IMG/VR virus record: IMGVR_UViG_3300027833_001604
Location: 45,014-109,013 of that record
From: a virus
Direction: 5' to 3' (one strand)
DNA length: 64,000 bases
The notes under the pieces are model-generated. The model was not told where the DNA came from, made no database searches, and saw nothing but the letters and a program-made list of their open reading frames with translations. The position numbers and the translations under genes were made by a program. This document shows positions 38,226 through 46,570 of this stretch, piece after piece. Within the stretch, counting starts at the first letter, position 1. Each line of letters opens with the position of its first letter.

Positions 38226-39218
38226 TTATCCTCCATATGATTTGTTTAGATACTCTGCATGATCAGTTGCTCGTTCGCTTAGTCTCACCATATCCCATTT
38301 ACCACATAGTTTCATAAAGTGTATGCCTACTTGTGACTTGCTTTCCTTTTGCACTTGCTCAACAATAGCATTATCAAGCTCTGTTTTAATATAGTCAGGT
38401 TGTGCTGTAAGATCAATAATGTGCATGTTACGTTGATAGTCTTCCAACACACGATGCTCTTCACCATTATGATCAGTCCAACGCTGTAGCATAAAGTTAT
38501 TCCAGTTATAGCCTTTGTTGTCTTTATCAGCAAATGCTTCTAACATACCTACTTTGTTCTTAGTGCCTTTCTTACGAGCACCTGGACATGCACTAAACAC
38601 ATTGTCACTAGTGTCGCCTCGTATACACTTCTCAAACAACAACCACTGTGGGTCGCCTAGTTGTTTAGGCTCTTTAGTTTTCTTGTCCATAACAACTTTG
38701 CCGTTATCATCAAAGATACCTTCAGTTGTAATAAGATTACCTGTAATGCCATTATATTGTGTTACGTTTTCATTAAGCAATTGATAAAAGTCACTGTCAC
38801 TACTTACAATGCAATGCTTGTCATTAGGATGATTCTGTATCCAACGTGCAATAAAGTCATCTGCTTCGCACTGTTTGTTTTGCAACACTGTGCAATTAGT
38901 TCGCTTCTCAAAGAATACCTTCAGTTCATCAAATGCTTCCCAAAACATACGATCTTCTTCTTGCTCATGAACAGTAAGTGCCGCACGTGCAGCCGCTCTA
39001 TTCTTCTTGTAGGGTTCGTATGCGTCTTTACGCCAGCTACGACCTTCTAAGCATAGCACAATATGACTACCATTCTGGTTACGCCATACTTTATTAATGC
39101 TATTAAACATAATATGGAATGCCATACCTACTTTATCTTTTGGGTCTGCTCCACGCTGAACTACGTGCCTAGCACGAAAAAACATATTCGCTGCGTCTAC
39201 TAAAATATAACTCAACAT
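38226..39218 (-). CDS. rnh: T4-type RNase H / 5'-3' exonuclease
   Basis: ILVDAAN, YKKNR, EADD, SSDSDFYQL, GDTSDN; start reassigned using AAGGAG RBS. Confidence 0.88.
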   Translation of the reverse strand: MLSYILVDAANMFFRARHVVQRGADPKDKVGMAFHIMFNSINKVWRNQNGSHIVLCLEGRSWRKDAYEPYKKNRAAARAALTVHEQEEDRMFWEAFDELKVFFEKRTNCTVLQNKQCEADDFIARWIQNHPNDKHCIVSSDSDFYQLLNENVTQYNGITGNLITTEGIFDDNGKVVMDKKTKEPKQLGDPQWLLFEKCIRGDTSDNVFSACPGARKKGTKNKVGMLEAFADKDNKGYNWNNFMLQRWTDHNGEEHRVLEDYQRNMHIIDLTAQPDYIKTELDNAIVEQVQKESKSQVGIHFMKLCGKWDMVRLSERATDHAEYLNKSYGG

Positions 39219-39225
39219 ATTCTCC

Positions 39226-39489
39226 TTAGATGTCTTCTGATATTTGTTTGCAAAGTGTTGTAAACCATAAGTCAACAATCTCTTCTTCGTTGTCGCCTGT
39301 ATAGCCTGCTTCAAGTAGTTGCTTAACAAATAAGTTATTCCACTCAAGTTCAAAGTATCCATCACCTGGGTTCTCTTTATCAAACTTTACTTCTAATACT
39401 TTAACATACGGCTTGCCTTTAGCAGTAGCTTTATCTTTATCAGACATTGTTTCTGCTTTTTTAAACAAGTTCTTAATCTTATTAATCAT
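39226..39489 (-). CDS. phage hypothetical protein
   Basis: GGAG RBS; GYFELEWN...GYTG..EEEIVD.WF. Confidence 0.75.
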   Translation of the reverse strand: MINKIKNLFKKAETMSDKDKATAKGKPYVKVLEVKFDKENPGDGYFELEWNNLFVKQLLEAGYTGDNEEEIVDLWFTTLCKQISEDI

Positions 39490-40136
39490 AATTTTCTCCA
39501 ATTACTGTGTATATTATAAGACATCTTGAGTAGTTTGTCAAGTGATAGTTTTCTAAAGTTTAAGTCGTTACCTTTTCGATTATACCACATGTCAAACGTA
39601 TCTGTTTCCCAGAGTGCTTGTCTATTATTACTTTTCTTTGGGGCCATACTATACCATATATTCCAATAGTATTCTGCACGTTCTTTATTACCCATGCGTT
39701 TATGATAAAAGAAATTCATCCTAGGGTGTGCTCGTTGTTTAGTAGTTTCCCAAGTTTCAGCATGTTTCTGCTTATCTAATTGTTTGTATAGTTCAGGGTT
39801 ATCTGTGCGTCCTGAATACTTTCCAGTCTTGTAATTAGGGTTAGCATTGCCACCAAGAGAACCTCCATGCTCGGGTCGTTGGTTAAAGTATTCACTATTA
39901 TTCACAACATCAAACTTTTTACTATAGAATTTACACATATCTTTAAATCTTTTTTCATTATTAGATTCAAAAAGTATTTCAGTATCATAATCGTATCCAT
40001 GTAGATCTAAATGTTTTAACCAACCTACGCTTGATCCGTTATAAACATTTAAATCTCTAGTGGTTTGTCCTAAGTATTTCTTTCCAGTTTTTCTGTGTGT
40101 GAAATGATATAGTTTTACCAACCAATTTTCTCCCAA
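39486..40136 (-). CDS. GIY-YIG (Seg-like) free-standing homing endonuclease
   Basis: LYHFTH...KYLGQT...YNGSS..W..HL, YFN; overlaps the metK stop; start uncertain. Confidence 0.7.
   Translation of the reverse strand: MGENWLVKLYHFTHRKTGKKYLGQTTRDLNVYNGSSVGWLKHLDLHGYDYDTEILFESNNEKRFKDMCKFYSKKFDVVNNSEYFNQRPEHGGSLGGNANPNYKTGKYSGRTDNPELYKQLDKQKHAETWETTKQRAHPRMNFFYHKRMGNKERAEYYWNIWYSMAPKKSNNRQALWETDTFDMWYNRKGNDLNFRKLSLDKLLKMSYNIHSNWRKL
39513..39541 (-). promoter_or_regulatory. sigma70-type promoter inside the 3' end of the endonuclease gene
   Basis: TTGACA-17bp-TATAAT with AAGATGTCTT abutting the -10. Confidence 0.75.
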
Positions 40137-41206
40137 GGAACGTCTTTATTACCAAAGTGTCCATATACACAATTTTCACTATAACCATAGAAGTTATACA
40201 TATCAAATCTATCAATAATAGCCTTTGGCGTTAAATCAATGTTTTCTTCAATAAACTTTTGAATAGTGCGATTGTGTCCGTTTGAATCTATGTAAATACT
40301 TGTTGGTTCTTTTACACCAATAGCATACGACAATTGAATTTGACACCAATCAGCCATATTATCTGCTACAATATTCTTTGCTAACCAACGTGCCATATAA
40401 GCTGCACTTCTATCTACTTTTGTGGGGTCTTTTCCACTAAATGCGCCGCCGCCGTGAGGAGCAAAGCCACCATAAGTGTCCACGATAATCTTTCGCCCAG
40501 TAAGTCCGGTATCACCATCAGGTCCACCAATAACAAAGTTACCAGTAGGATTAATATGCCATACAGTATTTTCATCAATTAAATCTCCCATTACGCTATT
40601 GACTGCATCTTTTACTGGTGCTTTAAGACTATGCTGAAAGCCTTCTTTATGTTGTGTGCTTACAACGATTTGGTCTGCACGTTGAACTCGTCCGCCAACG
40701 TATTGAATACTTACTTGAGATTTTGCATCTGGTAGTAAGAAGTCATAACCGTCATTGACTCGTAAATCTTTTAGCTTCTTTAGAATTTCATGTGAGTAAT
40801 GAATTGGTGCTGGTAGCATTGCATCATTTTCATTAGTTGCATAGCCAAACATAATACCTTGGTCACCTGCACCAAAGTCATCTGTTCCCAATCCAATGTC
40901 ACCTGATTGTGAATGAATCTCGTTATAGATGTTTAGTTTATCCCAATGGAATCCATCTTGTTCGTATCCAATTTCTTTAACTTTGTCAATTACGATTTGT
41001 TTTACTTCATCTTTGCTTACATTAAAGTTCTTTACTTCACCCGCCAACGTTACATGGTTAGTGGTTACAAGTGTTTCAATTGCGACACGTGTAGTTTCAT
41101 CACCGTTCTTTAGTCCGGCATCAACTAATGCGTCAGAGATTTGATCTGATACTTTATCAGGATGTCCATCACTTACACTTTCGCTTGTAAAAATATAATT
41201 ATTCAT
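40115..41206 (-). CDS. metK: S-adenosylmethionine synthetase
   Basis: FTSESVSDGHPDK, GAGDQG, GGGAFSGKDPTKVDRSAAY. Confidence 0.98.
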   Translation of the reverse strand: MNNYIFTSESVSDGHPDKVSDQISDALVDAGLKNGDETTRVAIETLVTTNHVTLAGEVKNFNVSKDEVKQIVIDKVKEIGYEQDGFHWDKLNIYNEIHSQSGDIGLGTDDFGAGDQGIMFGYATNENDAMLPAPIHYSHEILKKLKDLRVNDGYDFLLPDAKSQVSIQYVGGRVQRADQIVVSTQHKEGFQHSLKAPVKDAVNSVMGDLIDENTVWHINPTGNFVIGGPDGDTGLTGRKIIVDTYGGFAPHGGGAFSGKDPTKVDRSAAYMARWLAKNIVADNMADWCQIQLSYAIGVKEPTSIYIDSNGHNRTIQKFIEENIDLTPKAIIDRFDMYNFYGYSENCVYGHFGNKDVPWEKIGW

Positions 41207-41221
41207 AGTTTGTTTTTTCCT

Positions 41222-42334
41222 TTAGTTTTTAGTAAAGACATATATGCCTTCCCACTTTTCTCGACCTTCTTTTTTATCGTTGCCAACACCAGGTCTAGTG
41301 TTTAGCATCATTTTGATTGTTATATCGTGTTTAAAGCCCAACTTTTCAGCAAGCTCAATCCAACGATCCACAACAAAGAATTCCTGCTTACCATACGATT
41401 TGTAGTCTGCAATGTTTGTTGCAAAGATTCCATCACTGTTAAGTCCTTTGTGTATTTGTTGCATTGTTGGTGCGACATACCCATCAAACCAATCATCCAT
41501 TGTAGTGTGTTTAACCATACATTGTGTAGGCTCGTCACTATACTTTTCTAAATTAAAGTATGGTGGACTACTAAATGCTAAGTCAATATTCTCGCATTGA
41601 TAATCTTCACTAGGACTGCAAATAAGTTCTGCATCGTTAGTCAGCAAACTATCCAAATACTTTAGATACTCAAATGTTTGTGTGTTAGGGTCTGTGCCTA
41701 TGTATTTATAGTTCATATTACTACTGGTTATCCCAAGTAGCCTTCCACCGTAACCACAGCTATAATCGTAAATACGACCCCATAGCACCGGGCATAAACG
41801 CTCCGCAATAGCTCTAGCATGTTGTGGCTTAAAGTTTTGCACGTTCTCGCCTGTAACAAGCTCTAAGCTTCTACGCATTGCTGTAGGGTATACTAACTTG
41901 TTTCCTTCTCTAAATTCAAAACAAATGCGTATAGCACGTTTGAGTTTAGCATCGTCACGAAACCTATCCATTAAACTGTTTGAGCCTCGTCCTTTTGGCT
42001 CCGCTGTCTGCATGTTTGTGAATACAAAACGATTAATTGTTTGTCCTTGATTGTTGCCAAGTCCCAATACGTTTTGTTCAACTTTGTTATATGATGTGCG
42101 TTTAAACTTCTTTAATGCTTCTTGTAGTCCTGCTTCTGTGTAGTATATAATAGGAACAATATCTCGCTTACGATAGATATCAAATACTTTGTCTATTGTT
42201 CCAGGTCCATCAGCTTCGTATACCTCTGTGGTAAACGTATCTAATTCTTCGTATAGGTCTTCATAGCCAGTAAACTCATCTGCAAAGATGTATTCTGGCT
42301 TAATGTTCCAAAACTTGTGTATACGATCGATCAA
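41222..42334 (-). CDS. amino (N4-C/N6-A) DNA methyltransferase
   Basis: DYSCGYGGRLLG motif I, FSSPPYF motif IV. Confidence 0.8.
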   Translation of the reverse strand: MIDRIHKFWNIKPEYIFADEFTGYEDLYEELDTFTTEVYEADGPGTIDKVFDIYRKRDIVPIIYYTEAGLQEALKKFKRTSYNKVEQNVLGLGNNQGQTINRFVFTNMQTAEPKGRGSNSLMDRFRDDAKLKRAIRICFEFREGNKLVYPTAMRRSLELVTGENVQNFKPQHARAIAERLCPVLWGRIYDYSCGYGGRLLGITSSNMNYKYIGTDPNTQTFEYLKYLDSLLTNDAELICSPSEDYQCENIDLAFSSPPYFNLEKYSDEPTQCMVKHTTMDDWFDGYVAPTMQQIHKGLNSDGIFATNIADYKSYGKQEFFVVDRWIELAEKLGFKHDITIKMMLNTRPGVGNDKKEGREKWEGIYVFTKN

Positions 42335-42336
42335 TA

Positions 42337-42651
42337 TTAAACTCCAAAGTAATAGTTTAATAATCCAGTAAAGATTAATGTAACTAGCACACCATTTAAT
42401 AAGATGAGAGCTCTATCATGCCACATATACCCAACCCAGAACCAACCTATAGTTCCAAATAATCCAAACCATAAATCAATATGTGGCAGTGTTCCTGTAG
42501 CTCTAGCCGATGTTGCCACTAGTATCAGAACAACTGAAATCCATTTAACCCACCAAGATAATCCACCCTTGGGTGTTATCTTCTTAAAGACCCTGGTTGA
42601 ATCCAATGCCTTAATTTTGTCATTTAATTTTAGTCGTTTATTTTCGCTCAT
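42337..42651 (-). CDS. small membrane protein
   Basis: Three hydrophobic segments; WHDRALILLN. Confidence 0.75.
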   Translation of the reverse strand: MSENKRLKLNDKIKALDSTRVFKKITPKGGLSWWVKWISVVLILVATSARATGTLPHIDLWFGLFGTIGWFWVGYMWHDRALILLNGVLVTLIFTGLLNYYFGV

Positions 42652-42872
42652 TAGTGTAGTTGAGGTCCTGGGCCTTGGTCAACATTAATATCATCTTTAG
42701 AATTAATAATGTGATTTGTTAAATTATCAAAATCTTGTGGGGTTAACATAATTTTATAAATCCTAAGAGCTTGTGCCATCATTACACCAGCAGCCGCTAA
42801 TGGATCCTCACCTAGTGTTATTGCTTCAATTTTTCTATATAGTATATCTAATTCGTTATTTTCCATTACCAT
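42651..42872 (-). CDS. hypothetical protein
   Basis: Coupled ORF. Confidence 0.7.
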   Translation of the reverse strand: MVMENNELDILYRKIEAITLGEDPLAAAGVMMAQALRIYKIMLTPQDFDNLTNHIINSKDDINVDQGPGPQLH

Positions 42873-42941
42873 CCTGCTCTTCTTATTTTGTCTTCGTTAA
42901 TAGGCGACTTCATTGCCTTTTTGTGTTGTGCATTTTTATAC

Positions 42942-43838
42942 TTAGGTTCCCCATGCATTTCCGAATAATGAGATGTGTAGTCTTGGGGTAAAACGCCATC
43001 CCCTTTCCATACAGATTTCTGCGACTTCTTGGACGTTAAGATTGTATTCTTCACTGCGACCACCCATCGGCATAAGATACACAGGACACTCCAAACCTTC
43101 TTTACGATATGCTGCAACAGCTCTATCAACATCAGCAATATCATCGCTATCAGCGACAACAAATTTAAGATAGATATCGCTGTCATCCACGAGACTGTAA
43201 CAATAAGCGACATCAGGCTTGATAGCATCTTCCCAAGATTCTCCCGATACTGTGAGCTTGGGTGAACAACTCCATGTGACTTTAATTCTGTCACTGTCGT
43301 GGAGATAGTTGAATAAATCGTCATGTAAGTGTTGCGTAGTGTTTGTTTCAAATGTAACATTTTTTAAGTCCTTCATACGTGGATGTTCAAATAGTTCTAC
43401 ATAAAGTCGTTGCCACGCTAACAACGGCTCACCGCCTGTCATAATTAAATGAATGTCTTGTCCGTTATCGCAAGTCCACTTGCCTTCGGGTGTTAAACTT
43501 AACAAATGATTTACTACTTCGTCTACTTCTGCAAGTTTGTTAAAGTCTTTAAATTCAGGATAGATACTTGCATAAGTGTCGCAACCTGTGTGTATAATAG
43601 GTAAGTCTGTAAATTCAGTTACAGTATCTGTAATGCCACTATCAATTAATTCTTTAACTTCATCATTGTAACGATTACCTGCTTCATGCTTCTCAGCTCT
43701 GCTTGGTTCGTTTCTTGGTAAACCAAAATTCATACAACGAAAGTTGCAACCAAATGTGCGTAAAAATACGCTAGGAACACCTACGTATTGTCCTTCACCT
43801 TGCACACTATAAAATGCTTCTGAATATCTAAGTTTCAT
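42942..43838 (-). CDS. queE: 7-carboxy-7-deazaguanine synthase (radical SAM)
   Basis: YSEAFYSVQGEG, FLRTFGCNFRC...GCDT, TGGEP, FETN, SPKL, RLH. Confidence 0.92.
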   Translation of the reverse strand: MKLRYSEAFYSVQGEGQYVGVPSVFLRTFGCNFRCMNFGLPRNEPSRAEKHEAGNRYNDEVKELIDSGITDTVTEFTDLPIIHTGCDTYASIYPEFKDFNKLAEVDEVVNHLLSLTPEGKWTCDNGQDIHLIMTGGEPLLAWQRLYVELFEHPRMKDLKNVTFETNTTQHLHDDLFNYLHDSDRIKVTWSCSPKLTVSGESWEDAIKPDVAYCYSLVDDSDIYLKFVVADSDDIADVDRAVAAYRKEGLECPVYLMPMGGRSEEYNLNVQEVAEICMERGWRFTPRLHISLFGNAWGT

Positions 43839-44271
43839 TTATTAAGTTACTCCATTTCTTTAATTTGTTTCTTTTGACTAATGCACGTTTGTTTAGATCA
43901 TCCATAGTAAACATACCATGTTCAATCATTAATTCTAACATACAAAATACATCGCCTGCTTCTTCGATTAACTTTGTGCGATTAGTTGTTGCATTATTTT
44001 TCTTACTAGTTGCTTCTTCAATTGTATTAAATTTTCTAACTGTTTTACTGCATAGTTGTGTTAGTTCACCACATTCTTCTGCTGTAATAATCATTAGTTG
44101 TTGCAATGTATTAAGTGGATGCGTTTCACGTGCTTGAGCTTCTTCATGCTTCTGTGCTTTGTTATTAAATAAATCTATTGGATATTCTTCATTCATTCTG
44201 CGCCTCATATAATCATCATAGCTTTCACGTTGACCTTCGCCGTTTAACGGATTGCCTTTGCTATATTCCAT
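43828..44271 (-). CDS. MazG-like NTP pyrophosphohydrolase
   Basis: EECGEL...EEAGDV. Confidence 0.75.
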   Translation of the reverse strand: MEYSKGNPLNGEGQRESYDDYMRRRMNEEYPIDLFNNKAQKHEEAQARETHPLNTLQQLMIITAEECGELTQLCSKTVRKFNTIEEATSKKNNATTNRTKLIEEAGDVFCMLELMIEHGMFTMDDLNKRALVKRNKLKKWSNLINET

Positions 44272-44492
44272 TAATGTATTGTCCTATTATTAATTGGTGT
44301 TAAGTTGTCTGTTATCTGATCACCGTATATCATACCTAATATAACTAGTATTGTTTCTGGCACTTGATCGAAATCCTCTATTTCAAACGGAGCAAATAAC
44401 CCTTGAAACGATCCATCAGATTTAATCACTATTGCATACTCATCATCTTCGAGCCAATCATTAATCTTACCTTCTCGTTTCTCTTCTGCCAT
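44271..44492 (-). CDS. hypothetical protein
   Basis: ORF downstream of promoter. Confidence 0.7.
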   Translation of the reverse strand: MAEEKREGKINDWLEDDEYAIVIKSDGSFQGLFAPFEIEDFDQVPETILVILGMIYGDQITDNLTPINNRTIH

Positions 44493-44516
44493 ACTTTGCC
44501 TTTTTTATTATATACA

Positions 44517-44545
44517 ATTATATACGATTTTATATGATTAGTCAA
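44517..44545 (-). promoter_or_regulatory. sigma70-type promoter
   Basis: TTGACT-17bp-TATAAT. Confidence 0.75.
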
Positions 44546-44770
44546 CTATTCTTTTTTCTTTAGTTTAAATGTTGGCACACCTGCTACAGTATCTTCTTCC
44601 CATAACAAAGTATCACCAAGATCCCAACCCATTTGATTTAACATATCAGTTGGCAATTGAATAACTAATTCTTCTGTCTTGCCATCTTTAATGACTTCTA
44701 CAGTCCATGTTTGTTGTTTGTTCATTTCTTTTTCTTTCTTATCTCTAACTAGTTTATTCCACCATCCCAT
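44546..44770 (-). CDS. AbrB/MazE-like DNA-binding domain protein
   Basis: LVIQLPTDMLNQMGWDLGDTLLW. Confidence 0.65.
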   Translation of the reverse strand: MGWWNKLVRDKKEKEMNKQQTWTVEVIKDGKTEELVIQLPTDMLNQMGWDLGDTLLWEEDTVAGVPTFKLKKKE

Positions 44771-44772
44771 AG

Positions 44773-45732
44773 TTAAATCTTCTGTGCAAATAAACTGCTT
44801 ACACTTTCTTCATTGTTTACCCTTCTTAGAGCTTCTCCAAACATTTGTGATACGCTTACTACTCTTACTTTAGTAATTTTGTCTGGACATTTATATTCAA
44901 TACTGTCTGTGATTACTAGTTCTTTTAGCACACTTTTCTCAACCTTTTGACATGCTTGGCCAGTAAGAACTCCGTGTGTAATATATGCTCTAACACTTAA
45001 TGCGCCGGCGTCCATAATAGCCTTTGCAGCATTACATAGTGTTCCACCACTGTCAATAATGTCATCAACTAGAATAGCGTGGGCGCCTTTTACTTCACCA
45101 ATTAGATTCATTACTTCACTAACACCTGCTTTAGGTCTACGCTTGTCTACAATAGCAATATCGCCGCCAAACATATCAGCAAACTTTCTAGCTCTTACAG
45201 TTCCGCCTGCGTCTGGTGAAACAAATACTGTTTCTACTTCATGCACATCACTGTTTTCTTTGTAGAACTGCTTCTTAATATCTCTTGCAAATGCTATACG
45301 ACTTGTTAAATCATCTACAGGAATATCAAAGAAGCCCTGTATTTGTCCTGCGTGTAGATCCATTGTAAGGATTCTATCAGCACCGGATTCGGTTAGCAGG
45401 TTCGCAACAAGTTTAGCTGTAATAGGAGTACGACTAGCACTCTTACGATCCTGCCTTGCATAACCGAAATAAGGTATGACTGCGGTAATACGTTTAGCAC
45501 TGCTACGCTTGGCCGCATCAATCATAATCATTAATTCCATTAAATTATCGTTAACTGGTGTGCTTGTGCTTTGTATAATAAACACATCCTCACCTCTAAC
45601 ATTTTCCATAAACTCTACACGACTTTCACCGTCAGCAAATGCTTTAATGTCTGCTGGCACTAATGCAGCAAAGCAATGTTCTGCAATCTTTTGTGCTAAG
45701 TCAATATTACTGTTTCCTGCGATGATTTTCAT
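44773..45732 (-). CDS. prs: ribose-phosphate pyrophosphokinase
   Basis: [44 protein letters not shown]. Confidence 0.98.
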   Translation of the reverse strand: MKIIAGNSNIDLAQKIAEHCFAALVPADIKAFADGESRVEFMENVRGEDVFIIQSTSTPVNDNLMELMIMIDAAKRSSAKRITAVIPYFGYARQDRKSASRTPITAKLVANLLTESGADRILTMDLHAGQIQGFFDIPVDDLTSRIAFARDIKKQFYKENSDVHEVETVFVSPDAGGTVRARKFADMFGGDIAIVDKRRPKAGVSEVMNLIGEVKGAHAILVDDIIDSGGTLCNAAKAIMDAGALSVRAYITHGVLTGQACQKVEKSVLKELVITDSIEYKCPDKITKVRVVSVSQMFGEALRRVNNEESVSSLFAQKI

Positions 45733-46010
45733 TTAGAGTCTCCTGGGTTGGGCATTGGATGCCATTGTGTGTTGTATTGCGTTGCAACTTCATTTCTTGC
45801 ATTGCTGGCTGCGACTGCTTTTGCTCTTAGTTTGTCTGCTTGATCTTTTTGCTTAGGACGTTCTAGTTTATTAATAAGTCCTAGTATTGAAGTTGCAAAC
45901 TCTTTGCGTCCTTCAAATATATCTTCAGTTCCATCTGTTAAGCTAGTTACTTTATCGTCAAGTTCTTCTTGGCAAACTTGACGTAAAATATCTATTGTAT
46001 GATCTGTCAT
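45729..46010 (-). CDS. hypothetical protein
   Basis: Coupled ORF. Confidence 0.65.
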   Translation of the reverse strand: MTDHTIDILRQVCQEELDDKVTSLTDGTEDIFEGRKEFATSILGLINKLERPKQKDQADKLRAKAVAASNARNEVATQYNTQWHPMPNPGDSK

Positions 46011-46567
46011 TATTTACTCTCCCAATGTTCATGGCAACGTGGTTCATATGTCTCTGCGCCGCCTACGTTTACTCTGCCACCACTTTTTCTAAGTCGTTGC
46101 GTCTTACTGCATGGTTGTCCACATACATTACAAAATGCAGTAATCTTCATAATACTGTCTGCTAGTGCTAGCAAACGCCCTGTTGTATCAAATGGTATTC
46201 CTCTGCTGTCTTGATCTAATCCTGCACATACAAAGTTACAACCATTTCGTAATCCTTCTTCAACAAACCACAATGCTTCTTTAGGATCAAAGAACTGAAT
46301 CTCATCAATGAATACTGTGTGAAAGTTATAAGGTTTAATTGTGTAATTGTCTTTTACTAATTCTAAATCAATAACACTAATAGCAGGGTGACTAAGTTTG
46401 TTGTGTGTAACAATCCTATTTGGGTCATATCTGTCGTCTACTAATGGTTTTAGGACTAATGCTTTATGTCCTGAATGCTCTAGAAAGAGCAGTCGTTTTA
46501 ACAACTCACTGCTCTTTCCTGCAAACATTGGGCCTGCAATGACCTCTAGTTCACCTCTTTTATACAT
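46010..46567 (-). CDS. tdk: thymidine kinase
   Basis: GPMFAGKS, FIDEIQF, GLDQD, C..C...YEPRC..H. Confidence 0.96.
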   Translation of the reverse strand: MYKRGELEVIAGPMFAGKSSELLKRLLFLEHSGHKALVLKPLVDDRYDPNRIVTHNKLSHPAISVIDLELVKDNYTIKPYNFHTVFIDEIQFFDPKEALWFVEEGLRNGCNFVCAGLDQDSRGIPFDTTGRLLALADSIMKITAFCNVCGQPCSKTQRLRKSGGRVNVGGAETYEPRCHEHWESK

Positions 46568-46570
46568 TTA

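Noticed and set aside
42866-43360. 164-aa ORF overlapping queE on the same strand
   Set aside because: Alternate-frame shadow of queE. Only the last 30 codons (42866-42958) might be a real mini-gene, and support is insufficient.
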